Shown here: positions 22,921-35,829 of the stretch, piece by piece | Position numbering within the stretch: the stretch's first letter is position 1 | Layout of the letters: each line of letters begins with the position of its first letter | From: Takakia lepidozioides | Lineage: Eukaryota > Plantae > Bryophyta | Assembly: GCA_030704615.1 (NCBI GenBank) | Contig: CM060731.1 | Location: forward strand, 52,700,001-52,764,000 | DNA: 64,000 bases | Reading direction: 5' to 3' | Made by a program: the position numbers and the translations under genes | The notes under the pieces: model-generated | Database searches by the model: none | Told to the model about the DNA's origin: nothing | What the model saw: only the letters and a program-made list of their open reading frames with translations

Positions 22921-23195
22921 GTGACACAGCCTATCACAGCCCAGCAAGGCGCAACACAGCCTATCACAGCCCATCACGACATGACACAGCCTATCACAGC
23001 CCAGCAAGGCGCAACACAGCCTATCACAGCCCATCACGGCGTGACACAGCCTATCACAGCCCAGCACGGCGCAACACAGCCCAACACAACCTACCGCAGC
23101 GTGTCACAGCCTATCACAGCTTACCACAGTGCATCACACAGCCTATCACAGCGTAACACAGTATGACACAGCCTGTCACAGCTCAACACAGCCTA
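22921..23195 (+). repeat. 30-bp tandem array (ACACAGCCTATCACAGCCC core) after pol
   Basis: At least 5 regular alternating units followed by degenerate units. Confidence 0.9.
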
Positions 23196-23667
23196 CTAAA
23201 GTTACACGATCCATAGAATCAGTGACAAGTGGACACATAATAACTTCAGGAAAATGGCTGAAGGAAGAAGAAACGGAAATTACTTTAAAAATAGACACGT
23301 GGAGGTCAGGGCGCGACACACAGCCGAGAATGAAGTGCAAGGACAGGTGTCAAAAAGAAAGAGGACAAGAACGGCCGTCAAAAGGGATGAAAGGCGGGCC
23401 CATTAATGAGTACGGAAAAGGGAAACGGAACGAACGGCAAGTACAGAAAAGCGGAATTCTTGTCACATGTGTGATCCTAGTGGACTATCCAACAGGGAAA
23501 GTCCACTAAAGAAGATAAAATCTAAAATCCAGTCACAGCGGATACAGCCAATAGAAAACCAGAGAAAGGATCAAGAAAATGGAGGGAAATTGAGCGCAAG
23601 AGGCGGCGTCGTTCTGAGTAACGGGCGTCTCGACAGGACAGGCCATAAATGCTATAACTTGGAAACT

Positions 23668-26600
23668 ATGGAGGAACTAACAGACTATACGCTCGCAATA
23701 TTACTTACGCAGTGGCATAGACACGAAAGGACAGAGCGGAGCTTTTCTCTTGAGCAATGCTTGCAAGCCCCGCAGGCTTACAAGAAATTACCCATAGCTT
23801 TCTGCGGCAACCATACGTTTATGCTTTGTGCACTACAGGCATTCCTGCAGTTGTTACAGCCAAAACAGTTCTGTGAGTCTAAAATGAAGAGAGTGAGAGG
23901 AATGGAGGAAATCAGGGTGAAGAGCACCACAATTCTGCAGAAACAAACGATGGCTACCCCACAGGCGATAAAGATACTGGAGGAGCTGAGATTGGAAGGA
24001 TTGCAAAGCCTAGATTGGACACTACACCATAGACAGTACATGTTACAATTTTTGCAGAACTTTGAGCCAAGGACAGGAACAACAACGGTGAAGGGAGTTG
24101 AATTAATGATTACTCCCCTATACCTCCAGCAATTGTTTTGATTGCCAGCAGGTCGGGTGCATGTGGAGGAACACAGGGCAAGACTGCAAATAGGGGACTT
24201 ATTCCAAGAAGGGAGTTTCTTTAAAACTCAGGGTTATGCTTGTACCAAAGCTGTGTACCCAGGGTTAAAAGAGATAGGACAGGTATTGAACGTTCTGATT
24301 GCCCTGAAACAGAACCAACAGTATTTGAGCAGATCCTTCACAGAGGAAATACTCAAAGGCCTGAAGGGACAAGAGGTACAATGGGCGGACATAATGTACA
24401 ACGCACTGGTAGAGGAGATGAAAAGATTACAAGGTACTACCGCAAAGTCTCCTATCATAGTGTCTGGCCCAATCATTGCTCAAATAATCCTTGATTCTGG
24501 CATACTTAATGCACAAGAAAGGAAGGAAATGGGAGTGTTTGAGCCAGAAACAACTGCAATGGAAGAGCAAGGCTCTTCACACAGTGAGGGTGGACTAGCA
24601 GGGCAACCTGAGATTAAGAGGCAGAGACGGGGAAAGACTGTAGTGGCGAATCCACTGGCTTCACGGATTCCGCATGATAATGTTTCCCAAGCTCATGGCC
24701 AGGAAGGGGCACAGCAGCACAGAGAAATGCTATTACTGGAAGCAGGACCTTCAGAGAGGGAGGAGGAAGTTACTTCTGCATCACAACCATCACAGCCACT
24801 TGAACGACTTGTCACAAGGTCACAAGTTATCCATGCAGCTCAACCCGAAATAATTGATTTGGAAAGTGAAGGGATAGATATTCCAACTACAGAACAGATA
24901 GTGGCAGAAATAGAGAAAGGGGACCTTCTCTATGAATATTCTGGTCTGGTCAAGGAGACAGAAATCCCAGAGGTGCAACAGTTGCCCAAGGCAAATCCTG
25001 AGGTGCATATAATACACACACCTGTGTTGGAGGTACCACAGGCGGAAGGTCATGACACTGTAGCACCGGTGATAGATGAAGTAGTTCAGGAAGAAAATCT
25101 GGTGGGACAATGGCCTAAATGGTTAGTGAGACATCATACTGTTGAAGATCATGAGGAACAGCAGCAACCTCACCATGATGACCCTCAACAGGCAATGCTG
25201 ATGAGTTCCATAGGCAGGACACTTAATTTATTGGGGACTTATGTCAAATCCCATGTTCCAATTACCCAATTGACAGCCTTGAGAGAGGAACTCAGGAAGG
25301 AGTTTGAGGCTCGACTTGCCACTGAGTGTGCAAACAAGGTCGATGAAGAGGTCACTCTCAAGATGAAACAGGACTTGGGAAATACAGAAATGGCTTTGCA
25401 ATTGGCCAGGCAACAATTGATTGAGGCAGGCCTCGCGCAAGACCAGTTGCACGAAGCACATAAGCAACAGCTATACCAAATGCAGGTGCAGCATGAAAGC
25501 AAGTTGCAAGAACTGAATGCACTACACACGGAGTTGCAGACAGTGCATAACAGGATGGCGATACAATGTGCTACGTTTACAACTATGCTTGACCAATCTA
25601 CTAAAGAAATAAACAGTCAAGCGGAAAAATGTACGAAGGCAGAAGAAGAGAATGTTGAGCAAATGAAGCTCATTGTCGATATGAAGAATACAATCTGTCG
25701 CAATGAAGATACTTTCAAGCAATACAGGCAGATGGAAGCTGATCAAGAGAAACACATCGTGGAGTTGCAACAAACCATCATGGCCAATAGAAATGAAATC
25801 GCGGTCAGTAACAAGGCTTGGAAGGAAGCCAATAATCTACTTGCTGCTTACGCGCAATTGGTTGAACCACAAGCGAAGCGCATGGAGGCTTTACAACAGC
25901 AGTTGGAATTGTACAAGCTAAGAGAGGAGCAAACTCTCAGAGGAACCACAAGCAGCTTGGTGGATAACAGCCTTATGCAGGTCTGGTTAGCACAAGGGCC
26001 AGTAGAGGGCAAAGCCCCACGGAAGCTCACCCAAAGCGAGATGAATGAGCTCAGACTGCAAGTGCAGAACATTGCCACAACTACTATAGACAATGTCTAT
26101 AGTAGGATAGCAGAGTTACAAGAGGATGTAGACGGACTCCAGACTCAAGTCGAAGAACTCACTTCAAACATCGACCAAAGAGTCTATATCCCTCAGGAAC
26201 AGCTAATGGCTTCTTATTTACAAGCCAGAACTTTGGCTTTTCAGTCTTCACAGGAGGTGCAGGAGATGCCAATGATACAAGAGCCAGTACCACCACCACC
26301 ACAACAAGTCATTGTACCAGTAGCTGAACCTGTGGTTACTACAACCACACCACAGCCACCACAGCCGGAGGTATGGGGCAATGCCGCTTTTAACCCACCT
26401 AAAACTCCAGCTGCAAGGGAGTACAGCAGGGCTATGCTTATGCCCTTCAACCAAATTCCCATCATGTTGGATTTGGCTTGGAAAGAATTTAGTCCTCCGC
26501 AGTCATTCGCACATTACTACCAAATCATGCGTATTTGGCTGCCAGTGGCAACTAGGACTAAAGTTCTTCCAAACAATCGACATATTGAAGATCATCACTT

Positions 26601-27435
26601 TGCACAATACTGGCACGAGGCAGGTACCATGTTGAGGGAATTGGTTGCTTTCCAGGTTGTACATGGACTCATTTATACCAAGACCAAGGAGATAGCAAGT
26701 ATTGTCATGGGGTGCGGGCTATACTACGCTGCTTGTTTTCTGGTACGTTACCACATTGAGCAACAAAAGATGCAAACACGCTTTCAAAGTTATTCCAGTG
26801 GAGATCATTGGGTATTACCTTCGGTGCCACCTCATATGTACATATATGACCCAAAAGTTATGATGCAAAAGGATTCTCAAATTCATTCATGGTTTCAAGC
26901 TGCCTGCAACCATTTGTCAACACAGAAATTCGGCATTGATGACATTTTCTATAAGGGACATGTGGCATGGAAGTACTTGCACGCTGCACCAGTAATTGGT
27001 ACCCCACTCACCTGGACAGACAAGGAGCTCAGTGTCTACACCAATTTTGCTGTTCAGCGGTTACACCAAGTTGTAAAATGCAAACTTCCAGACATGGTAG
27101 GACAGCATTGTATGCCCTAGATGATTCCACAAAAGGTTCGAAAATTAAAACATCTGAGAGGTGATGAGGATTCTGATACAACTGTTTCTTCACAGAATTC
27201 TTTTGACATGGGAGAAGACTATGCAATTCAAATGGCAGAAAAGAAGCGACGGGGGTCTCCTATGCCGGAAAGGTTACCTCGATATCAGCCTCCAGAGGGC
27301 CTCACTTATCCAGGTAGTGATCAACCATCTCCATCAACCAGAGACAGACCTCGGGCTCGTACACACAGTCCGCCACGAAACTCTCAACGTCAACAAGGTG
27401 CTCACTCACAAAGGTTTGCTACTCGGAAACAGTAA
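23668..27435 (+). pseudogene. Large extra ORF 3' of pol (~1250 aa, coiled-coil rich), two in-frame stops
   Basis: ORFs 23467..24141, 24142..27120 and 27121..27435 abut in one frame and end just before the PPT. Confidence 0.8.
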
Positions 27436-27456
27436 ACCGTGAGGACACGGCTTTTT

Positions 27457-27473
27457 GAGGGGGGAAGGGGTAA
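27457..27473 (+). promoter_or_regulatory. Polypurine tract
   Basis: GAGGGGGGAAGGGGTAA immediately before the 3' LTR. Confidence 0.9.
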
Positions 27474-28475
27474 TGTTAGAGGACTGTAGGGGACTTAGAC
27501 ACTTATACGGGATCTGTAGGGTACCCTTAAATTTTGCACAGACTGAGACCAACAGGAGCCTTAGGGGTGACAGCAGCGCACTGTAGAGGGGGGTTACACA
27601 GTCGTCACAGCCCACACAGCCAACACAGCCCGTCACAGTCGTCACAGTCGTCACAGCCAACACAGCCAACACAGCCGACACAGCCAACAAGCCCGGCACA
27701 GCCACACAGCCGACACAGCCGACACAGCCCGGCACAGCCACACAGCCAGTCACAGCCCGACACAGCCAAACACAGTCGCACAGCCAGTCACAGCCCGTCA
27801 CAGTTTCACACAGCCAGTCACAGCTTGACACAGCTGTCACGATCATAGGGAACGAAGAGTAGGACAGGGAACGACTATGGGGAACAACACCTGCAAAGGG
27901 AACATGTTAGTTCACAGACGACGGTTAGTGAGGGAAACGGTTAGAACTGCGGATAGGAAGATAAAGGGAAAACGGGGAATGAAGGAGGGGGATTTTTATC
28001 ATTATTCGGAGGAGGACTTCTTAGTCAGGCTGGAGCGGAGATCGAAAGCAAAGATGGAGAGCACGGTGAAGGAGGAAAGAGGATTAGTAGATGCTTGTTA
28101 TATGCAAAGCTGTAGTGATATTGTAGAGCAGATTAGAGACACAATGGCTTCGGCCTGATACCTGATAAATCATAATCTGATACTTATACGATACAATCAC
28201 ACTGTGTAGAGAGATCTGAGTGAAGCTGTGGATTGAATGGATGAGTGAAGGAAACCGATAGATTGATGAAGCAAACTGATACTTAATTATCAATGGTAAG
28301 GTAGCTAAGATGAATGCGGAAAGGGAAACAAATAGGAAACACCCCCATGATACACTAGCTGTAGGTCATGACTGATTGTTCTGCGCGGGCTGAGTACTTA
28401 GAGATTTCCAACTCTTCTATCTTGGAGTTTCCGCCTCGGATAGCGAAGGGATGGGTGAGTAAAAGCCGCGCGACA
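27474..28475 (+). repeat. 3' LTR
   Basis: Matches the 5' LTR with roughly a dozen substitutions/small indels (counted by eye) plus a shorter microsatellite. Confidence 0.97.
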
Positions 28476-28790
28476 GTCCGCTGTCATAGCTGGCAGTCAG
28501 GGATGGCGTCGCAGTCTGACACGTGGCATGTTATGTAGCTAGCACGTGTCTGCCTTACACCGCGGCTGACATGGACTACACTGTCCGTTCAGTCATTCTG
28601 TAATGCCAACGTGTATGACTACCCCCACAGATGCTCTAGCGCCACGTCACAGCCAACCTGGAGAGTCATATCTGCCATGTCACAACTGACTAGGGCTTTA
28701 CGTCTGCAGAGTCAGGAAGTCGTAAATGGCTTCCATGACTGCATTTGCAGTCATAACACAGAGACGTAAAAGCCGCAATCTGTTGTTGTG

Positions 28791-31250
28791 ATGAGAAGGA
28801 AGGCAGATATCAATTGGTCTATGAAGAGAGAGAAGATGTCAAGATACTTCTTTCAGACTTAATTCTAAGCAGCGCCCTGATACTACATCCATTGCATCCC
28901 TGAAAAATTCCTAGGGGCTGCCAGTCTCCAACCCAAAGCAGATGTCCTCCCTGGCTGTCTCGCATTTCACTGCCTTATTTGGAGCACGTACTGCATCTCC
29001 GCAGGATTTGGCTTCCCGAAGCTCTGTGCTTTCTTCTTACATTCCAGTTGTGTCTGAATCAAAGCTGGTGAGCTTGTCTGCCCCTTTCACATCAATCGAG
29101 CTCTCAGATGAATTGTCAAAACTTGCCTCGTTTAAATCGCTTAGGCTAGATGGGATGCCAGTGGAGCTTTTCCAGGCAATCTGGTCGGTGTGTGGGGATG
29201 ATTTTACTGCTTTCGCTGAAGACATTCTTCTCAAAGGCATTATGCCTTCTCAGATTAACCAAAGGGTGATTACTCTTATACACAAAAAGGGGGACCGTAA
29301 TTCCATCTCCAACTATAGACCGATAACCTTGCTAAATGCAGTCTACAAAATTATAGCTAAGGCCTTGGCCCTAAGGATTCAACCGCTTCTCTACAAGCTG
29401 ATCAAATATGAGCAGACGGGGTTCTTAAAGGACCGTATGATATTGGATAACATCTTGCTTGCTCATGAAGCTCTTCACTCTGCTTTCAAAGCTAACCAGC
29501 CATTAGCAATGCTAATGTTGGATTTCGAGAAAGCCTTTGATAATATTGAGTGGTCCTATCTGTTGAGGGGCGATTCAAAATTGTGGTATAACGGGCAACT
29601 TCCTTAAATGGATTACGATTCTTCTACAATCGGCCTCTAGTAAGGTGCTGGTCAATGGCTCCATCTCAAGGTTCTTCCCTCTTTTCCGGTCGATGAGACA
29701 AGGGTGCCCGCTATCTCCCTTTTTGTTTATTATTGCTGCAGATGGCCTCAGCCATCTCCTACATAGCAGGCCAAATGTGGTGGGGCTCAAAATCCAGCAC
29801 CCATCTATCCCAATTTACAGTCCTCGCTATATGCTGATGATACTTCCTTGTTAATTGATAACAACACTATGCCTAATGTGGATCGGGCCCTGCTTGCTCT
29901 AGCCTCAAGTAGAAGCTCGCCTACTGGCGCTCGGTGCACCTCTCTGTCATGGGCAAAGCTATTATATTTGTTAACCAATGCAAGTTGTGTTGGCTTCTAG
30001 CTGGTTTGGCTCTTTGGTTTGGTCGCCAGGAGAGGCCTTCATCAAAAAGATGAAAGCTATGATGCAGAATTTCATTTGGGGAGCCTCCTCTCTTGATCAG
30101 ACTCGTAGAGTGCATGTGAGTTGGAAGCAGTTGACATTTATGGGAAAATGGATCTCTCATCCCTGCAGAGGTGGCTGAAGACTCCCTCTCTCGTAGAAGA
30201 ATCAGAGCTGGATGGGATGTAGTGACTGCAGATCTCCCATCTGCTCGGGTTTCTCTTGCATCCTTCCCGGCCAACAGAAGGGGTCTCCCAGCGCCCTGGT
30301 TATCCTTTGACAACGGTTCTTCTAAAGTAGCCTTCTTTGCATCATCCCGTTCTGGTTCCATGTTATCTGGTTGGTGTTTCTTGGTTTTGGACTCTGGCAT
30401 TCTTAACTCTCCCAGACCTGCCCTAGTCTCAGAGGATGCTTGCTTTGCAATTCGGGTCATTTGCATGGCCACAGGTGTAGCAAATCCTTCCGCTGATAAT
30501 GGCTGTCATACGAATCCGTTCTTCCTGTGGTTTGTGCATGCTCTTCTGGCCATGTTACAATTCGACCCCGGGGTGTGTAAGTGGAAGGATAGGCTTAGTT
30601 CTCTTTTTTTTGCTTATACTATAAAGCTGGGTTACTCTATGCTAAGTTGGTTTCCATGGATCTTAAATGGATAGCAAAGTGGAGACACCTACAATCCTGC
30701 CCATCTTCCTGGAAATGTGTTTGGAAAGATGTTTGGCGTAAAGACTATACAGCCAAAGTATCTGGATTTCTTTGGAAATTAGTGAATCGGATCCTTCCTC
30801 TGAAAACTTGCTTTCCTGACTCTTCCCCAGTGTGCGCCTCTTGTTCATTGGGAGATTCAGAATCCCTGGAGCATTGCTTTGTTTCTTGCCCAAGGGCCAG
30901 CCATGCTTGGCATAAAGTGACTACTTTTTATGCTCTATGGAGCCCTGTGCCTCGGAATGATATAGTTATTCTACTTCTGAGGTCGTTTGTGGTCCAAATG
31001 TCCGGTGTGGGCTGCCCTAAGGGCTCACACTTCGTGGAACTTGTGGAAGGCCAGATGTGATCTGATTTTTTCGGGTAAGCCGCTCTCAGTAATGTCTGTG
31101 TTGTTTATGACTCACTCAGACATCATGTCTGAGGCTCGGAAAGCAAGTTGGGGTGTGTTGAGAACAGGGGCTCTTTCCAGATGTGGGGAGAGGAGGCGCA
31201 ATAAACTCCTCCAAGAGTTTGATCAATCTTGGGGAAAACGAGGAAAGATC
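28791..31250 (+). mobile_element. Degenerate L1/Tx1-type LINE ORF2 fragment (RT + zinc finger)
   Basis: YRPITLLNAVYKIIAK, EQTGF, DFEKAFD, RQGCPLSP, YADD (~29829), CASC...ESLEHCFVSC. Confidence 0.9.
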
Positions 31251-31344
31251 TGTACCATATATCGTGCGCATACGTATCGCTACACAACTACATCGCTGTC
31301 CAAACTACACCATACATATATGGACAATAAAGTAGTCTGCCACA

Positions 31345-31357
31345 ATCGCCCCCCTAG
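31345..31357 (-). promoter_or_regulatory. Probable polypurine tract followed by a TGTGGCAG LTR-like start
   Basis: Minus strand CTAGGGGGGCGAT|TGTGGCAG about 250 nt after the integrase-PHD stop. Confidence 0.5.
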
Positions 31358-31604
31358 TTGGTGGATAGGTCCCTCTAACTCCAGATAGCTACAAGATGTA
31401 ATAGCCACAACCGTACTAAGTCCTCTATCACTGTCCCTATTGTACTCAAACTCTATAGACCAATAGGCCGGGTACAAGAGTAGCCCCATCGTTAGTCGCC
31501 GTCTTGCAATCTGTGAACTTGAGCCAGGATCTCGTGTGTTCAAGGTCTCCTAGTAGCTTGGCCTTGCATTTCTTGTTAGCCTTCCATGGTTGTATCCACT
31601 CCCA

Positions 31605-32945
31605 CTATCCAATGCAATGCGGACATAACCAATCCCCATTAGGAACCATCTCAAGAGGTGGAGTCAAACATCCCATATGCCAACCTCTAGAGCATTTGAT
31701 CACACACCAGCATGGTGGCTGCCCCTTTAGCAGACCCACACAACATGCACCTCAAACTTGCAGGTACCACTACCAAGTTTGGGTCAACCCTTCCATCAAC
31801 ATTTGGAAGGTGACATGGCGTGCAATTACGCACATGGTCCTTCCAAATCATGCCATCCCGACCCTCCAAGATCAGGAATCCTGAGGGCAACACCTCTCGA
31901 ACCCTCAAAATAGTACGTCCTGCAGTCACATCCAAGGTCGTAGGAGCAGTCTGTTGCAGATAAACATAGTCACCAGGGTCAAATTTCCGAATCTCAGGAC
32001 GATAGCCCCCACCACGTATGGTAGCATACCTCAACGTATCACGATGTTGTGCAATGGCAAGATTCTCGAAAGCCATGGGCATGACTTTGTTGAACAACTC
32101 TGCACGCTGATCACATGCACGTGCCCACACGTCCGGATCATCAAGGTTAAGAACTGTAGCAGCTTCTTTACGAATGGATGTAGGCAAATCCGGCTCTCCG
32201 CCAAAGAGAAGAAAGTATGGTGAGAAGGAGGCAAGTGATGCTTGCTTGCTGAACCTGTAGCCCATGGCTAACCAGGGTAACTGAAGGTCCCAATCTCCTA
32301 GGTGTCCCTTCTGCAAGCCATACTTGTGCAAACCCCTCTTTACTGTCTGAACAACCCTCTCTGCCAAGCCATCAGCCTCAGGATGATCCTGAGAAGTGGT
32401 GCGGTGGTCTACCAAGGCCTTGTCACACAAAGCGTGAAACTCCCCCAAGAACTCTCTCCCTTGGTCCGTGAGTACCTCAGCTGGAGCACCAAATCGGCTA
32501 AGTACACAATCCAAGAATGCATACGCAGCTCCCTCACTAGCGTTATTAGGCAATGGAACCAATTCGATCCACTTGGAAAAGTGCTCCACCATCACCAACA
32601 CGTATTTGTTGTGGCGCATGGTCAATGGCAACGGCCCTGCGAAGTCAAGACTCCACCTGTAGCCCAATCCCATGATCGGAAGAGGGTGCAATTGTGGTGT
32701 AGGGGCGTTGAATGAAGCACGCACCCTGTCACACACCATGCACCTAGCCACAAATTGTTGCACCTCTGTGTGCATACCACACCACCAATACTGCCCCTGC
32801 AGTAGACTATGAGTGCGTCGCACCCAATACATACCTATGATGTGGACCAAAATGACCACCTTATGTCCAGATTTCAATGGAATTCACCAATGCCCCAACT
32901 CCTCATGGGCATGCCGCACTAACCATGCCCGCTGGGTTGGGTGAG
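31605..32945 (-). pseudogene. Integrase with C-terminal PHD finger
   Basis: HAHEELGH...CMVC, WSLDFAGP, LTDQGREF, HPEADGLAER. Removing one A at ~31696 gives CMLC...CDQCSRGWHMGCLTPPLEMVPNGDWLCPHC (C4HC3). Confidence 0.9.
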
Positions 32946-32947
32946 CT

Positions 32948-33180
32948 ATGGCGTCTACAGTTTCCTCAAGCATTATGGCCTCTGCTTCTTCGTTGGTGGA
33001 AACTCGTGTGGCTGCGCCGTCTCACCATGCCGCTGTCTCTGTCAAGATGGCTCCTGTGAGGTGCCAAGCAAAAACAGACGCTGAAGTTTTGCAGCGACGG
33101 GCTATGATGGCTGCCGCCGTGGCCCCTGTGTTGACATTGGCTTCACCTGCTTTAGCCTTGGAAAGCTATTATGAAGGTTT
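32948..33180 (+). pseudogene. Captured 5' fragment of a nuclear gene for a thylakoid-lumen protein (bipartite transit peptide)
   Basis: Ser/Ala-rich start, VRCQA stromal cleavage-like site, twin-Arg RRAMM, hydrophobic stretch, PALA thylakoid peptidase site; truncated after that. Confidence 0.75.
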
Positions 33181-33527
33181 GAAGAAGGAGTCAAAGGAAT
33201 TCTTAGGGAACCTGCAGTGAATCGCAAAAAAACGTGGGAACAGGGAACCAAAGGAAACCAATTGAAAATAGTTTTTCCTTGTATTTGTTTCTATTTAAGG
33301 TCATATATTATATTTCTTTGGCCATATCTTTGTCATATGAGCTCCGTTTGACACAGTTTTTGAGGGGATAGCTGTAGAAAGGGGAAATCTACCTATCTAG
33401 AATTGTGGACTCTGCTAAAAATCTATGGAATTTTTTGAGTGTGAGTGTGCCATGAAAGATCCACAATTCTGTTTCTAGAACCTATTGTGGTCTATATGAG
33501 AGACAAATCTGTGGATGTCCTCCTTGT

Positions 33528-34277
33528 ATGGCTGGGGGAAATGAGGACGTAATTGAAGGGCAGGTCTCTTCTCTTAGCCTGTGCACACAAGGGGACAAGA
33601 TTTATGTTTCCCAAGGGGCTCAGACGGATTTGAGTGGAGAGCAGTTAGACGAGTTGATTGCATACTGGGAGTCAGGCATTAGCAATAGACAACAAATTGA
33701 TGTAATTGGCGTTGAGGGCCTCAATATTGCCTTGGACAGTCAGAACTCTGTTGGAGCAAGCAGTTCTGTAGCTGTAGGTGAAATACCAAAGTGGGTGGAA
33801 GCTAGGCTTGGAACACAGCCAAAGATAGCCCCGGGGACCAAGGTGTTCAGCCACAAGGCCGTGGTGTACTGGAGCAGAGGAGCAGGAGCTACACAAGTTT
33901 TTACAATCAAACATGGTTGCAGCCGGACACGCTGTGCACAAGGCAACCACGAGCGGGGGTTCATCAGCAATGACAAGTTTGTTTTGCTTGAAGGAGATGC
34001 AGTCATTCGCAATGAGGACACTCGCAACCGTCTCAAAGCTTTCAAGTTGAGAGACTGTCAGACCCTACCTTTATTTTCTTTAGTATTCAGTGAGCGGGAG
34101 ATAGGGAAGTATTGCTTTGTCTCTACCTGGCAGAAAGAGGAGAAGAGTTGGTTAGAGCGAGCTACTGTAGCATGGGATAAGGTTAGTAACAGGTTTCTGG
34201 ACATAGATATACCTCCTACACCTTACTATCATGCAGAGCGAGGCACTTTGAGAGAAGTCTGGCAGTTGATAGCATAG
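33528..34277 (+). CDS. Accessory 249-aa ORF (copy 2)
   Basis: Intact homologue of 5714..6463. Confidence 0.75.
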   Translation: MAGGNEDVIEGQVSSLSLCTQGDKIYVSQGAQTDLSGEQLDELIAYWESGISNRQQIDVIGVEGLNIALDSQNSVGASSSVAVGEIPKWVEARLGTQPKIAPGTKVFSHKAVVYWSRGAGATQVFTIKHGCSRTRCAQGNHERGFISNDKFVLLEGDAVIRNEDTRNRLKAFKLRDCQTLPLFSLVFSEREIGKYCFVSTWQKEEKSWLERATVAWDKVSNRFLDIDIPPTPYYHAERGTLREVWQLIA

Positions 34278-35829
34278 ATCAGGATTAGATCTTGCTTGGT
34301 CGGGCCTCTATTCTCCATCTTTTTACTATTTTTCATTACTTTGTACTTGTAGTTGCCAAAGCCTCTCTTGGTGGAGGCCAGTCAGTCCGGGGTTTTGGGC
34401 TGGAATGTTTTGCAGGATCAGCACTACAGACAGATTTTGGTGTGGGGGTGTTGATGTTTTGATTTCTTGTGTTTGGATCCCCCCCAACGCCTGCATCCTT
34501 GACTGTGCGCCATGTTGGTTTTGTGTGGGCGCTTGCTTTCATAGGGATTAGGCCGGATTTGATCACCGGTCAATCCTAGAGTATCACTAGAAGAGAAACC
34601 GGCTTTTTCCACGGCTCTGCCATCTCACACCTGGCATATTCCACGGCTTTTATCACGGGTCTGTAGAGTGAGCCAAGGTGTGGGTCAAAATATGCCCTAA
34701 CTGTGGGGTGTCTCACATGTGATCCACACCCGAGGCAAGAACGGTGTGAAAATAGCCATGAGCGTGGCGGGAGTTGGCTTAGTTTACATGGCATGTTACA
34801 CACATGTGTGCAATGGGACCATAGAATTTCCACATTGTGGTGTATGGGGAGTTTGAGAATGATGCCCTTGGAAAATGATCATGAGTTTCATGTTCATGTT
34901 TAGAAATCTGCACGATGGGCTACTAGCAAGCGAATAATCACCCCCTGCTACACCCCATTTTCAATCTCTACATTGTGAAGTCTATAATGCCCTTTGTGAA
35001 ATGAGCATGGGGATCATATTCAAAGGTGGCCCTGTTCCGTTGCAACCTATGACACAACTAGGACAAACAAGCATAGGCATGATTTACATTTTTTGCCACA
35101 AATCACTTGCATCATCCTTACGTTGAACTCCTTGTTTATGTGACATGCTTGGACTTTGTCATCTCACACATCAAAGAAAAAACCAGAATATTTCGAAAAA
35201 AATATATAGAATTTTAACAAGAGACCAAAAAGGAAACCCAGGTCTAGGTGGGTAGCATGGTGAGTTTCTATACAAGGTGATTTATTTTAAATTGTAAGTG
35301 GTTTCAACAACTTCATTAGCAACTCCACAATTATATTTTAAATTCATGTAAATTGAAATATATAAATCAGTATTAGATAGAAATAGTTGTTTTAACTACT
35401 CATTTCATGATTATGAACCTTACCCAATAAATAAATTAACCAGGGCCTTTGTACCTTGTTATATATATACGTTTTGCACCCTAACATATATATATAGCTA
35501 AAAATACCTTCACATAATTACATGGACCATATAATTATTTTATATAATGTTAGGGTGCAAAACATTCAAAAACTTCAAAAGTTGGCTCGAATTTAGGGCT
35601 GCTAGGTCGCGATGTGCAGGGCTGGGACTTAGCGTTTTTTGGGGTCCGGTCTTTCTTAGTGCCAAGCATCATGATAGCAGGAACTCGAGGCCAATGTAGT
35701 GAGGGCACATTCTTCTTCGACCTATTTCAGCATGTTTTGCCCTCTCATCAGACTCGGCCCTGAATTTGCAGCACGGAGCAGAGTTGGCATGAGTTTTACC
35801 CTTCACGATGGTGGGACAACAGCCATGAG

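Larger units (their letters stand above)
14813..28475 (+). mobile_element. Full-length non-chromovirus (Athila/Tat-like) Ty3/Gypsy LTR retrotransposon
   Basis: TG...CA LTR pair, GTCCG target-site duplication (14808-14812 and 28476-28480), PBS, PPT, order gag-PR-RT-RH-IN. Confidence 0.97.
10120..28790. mobile_element. CACTA (En/Spm) element, left part missing, interrupted by the Gypsy at 14813-28475
   Basis: Transposase N-terminal exons on minus, TnpA-like gene on plus, CACGTG-rich subterminal repeats on both sides of the Gypsy, and a right end ...TCTGTTGTTGTG (one mismatch to the CACTA TIR) abutting LINE sequence. Confidence 0.65.

Noticed and set aside
31251-31344. 3' LTR matching the 5' terminal module
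   Set aside because: The sequence after the PPT (TGTGGCAGACT...) does not match TGTCAAGTT... and no TSD pair was found. The LTR status of the module is therefore unproven and the element may be a chimera.
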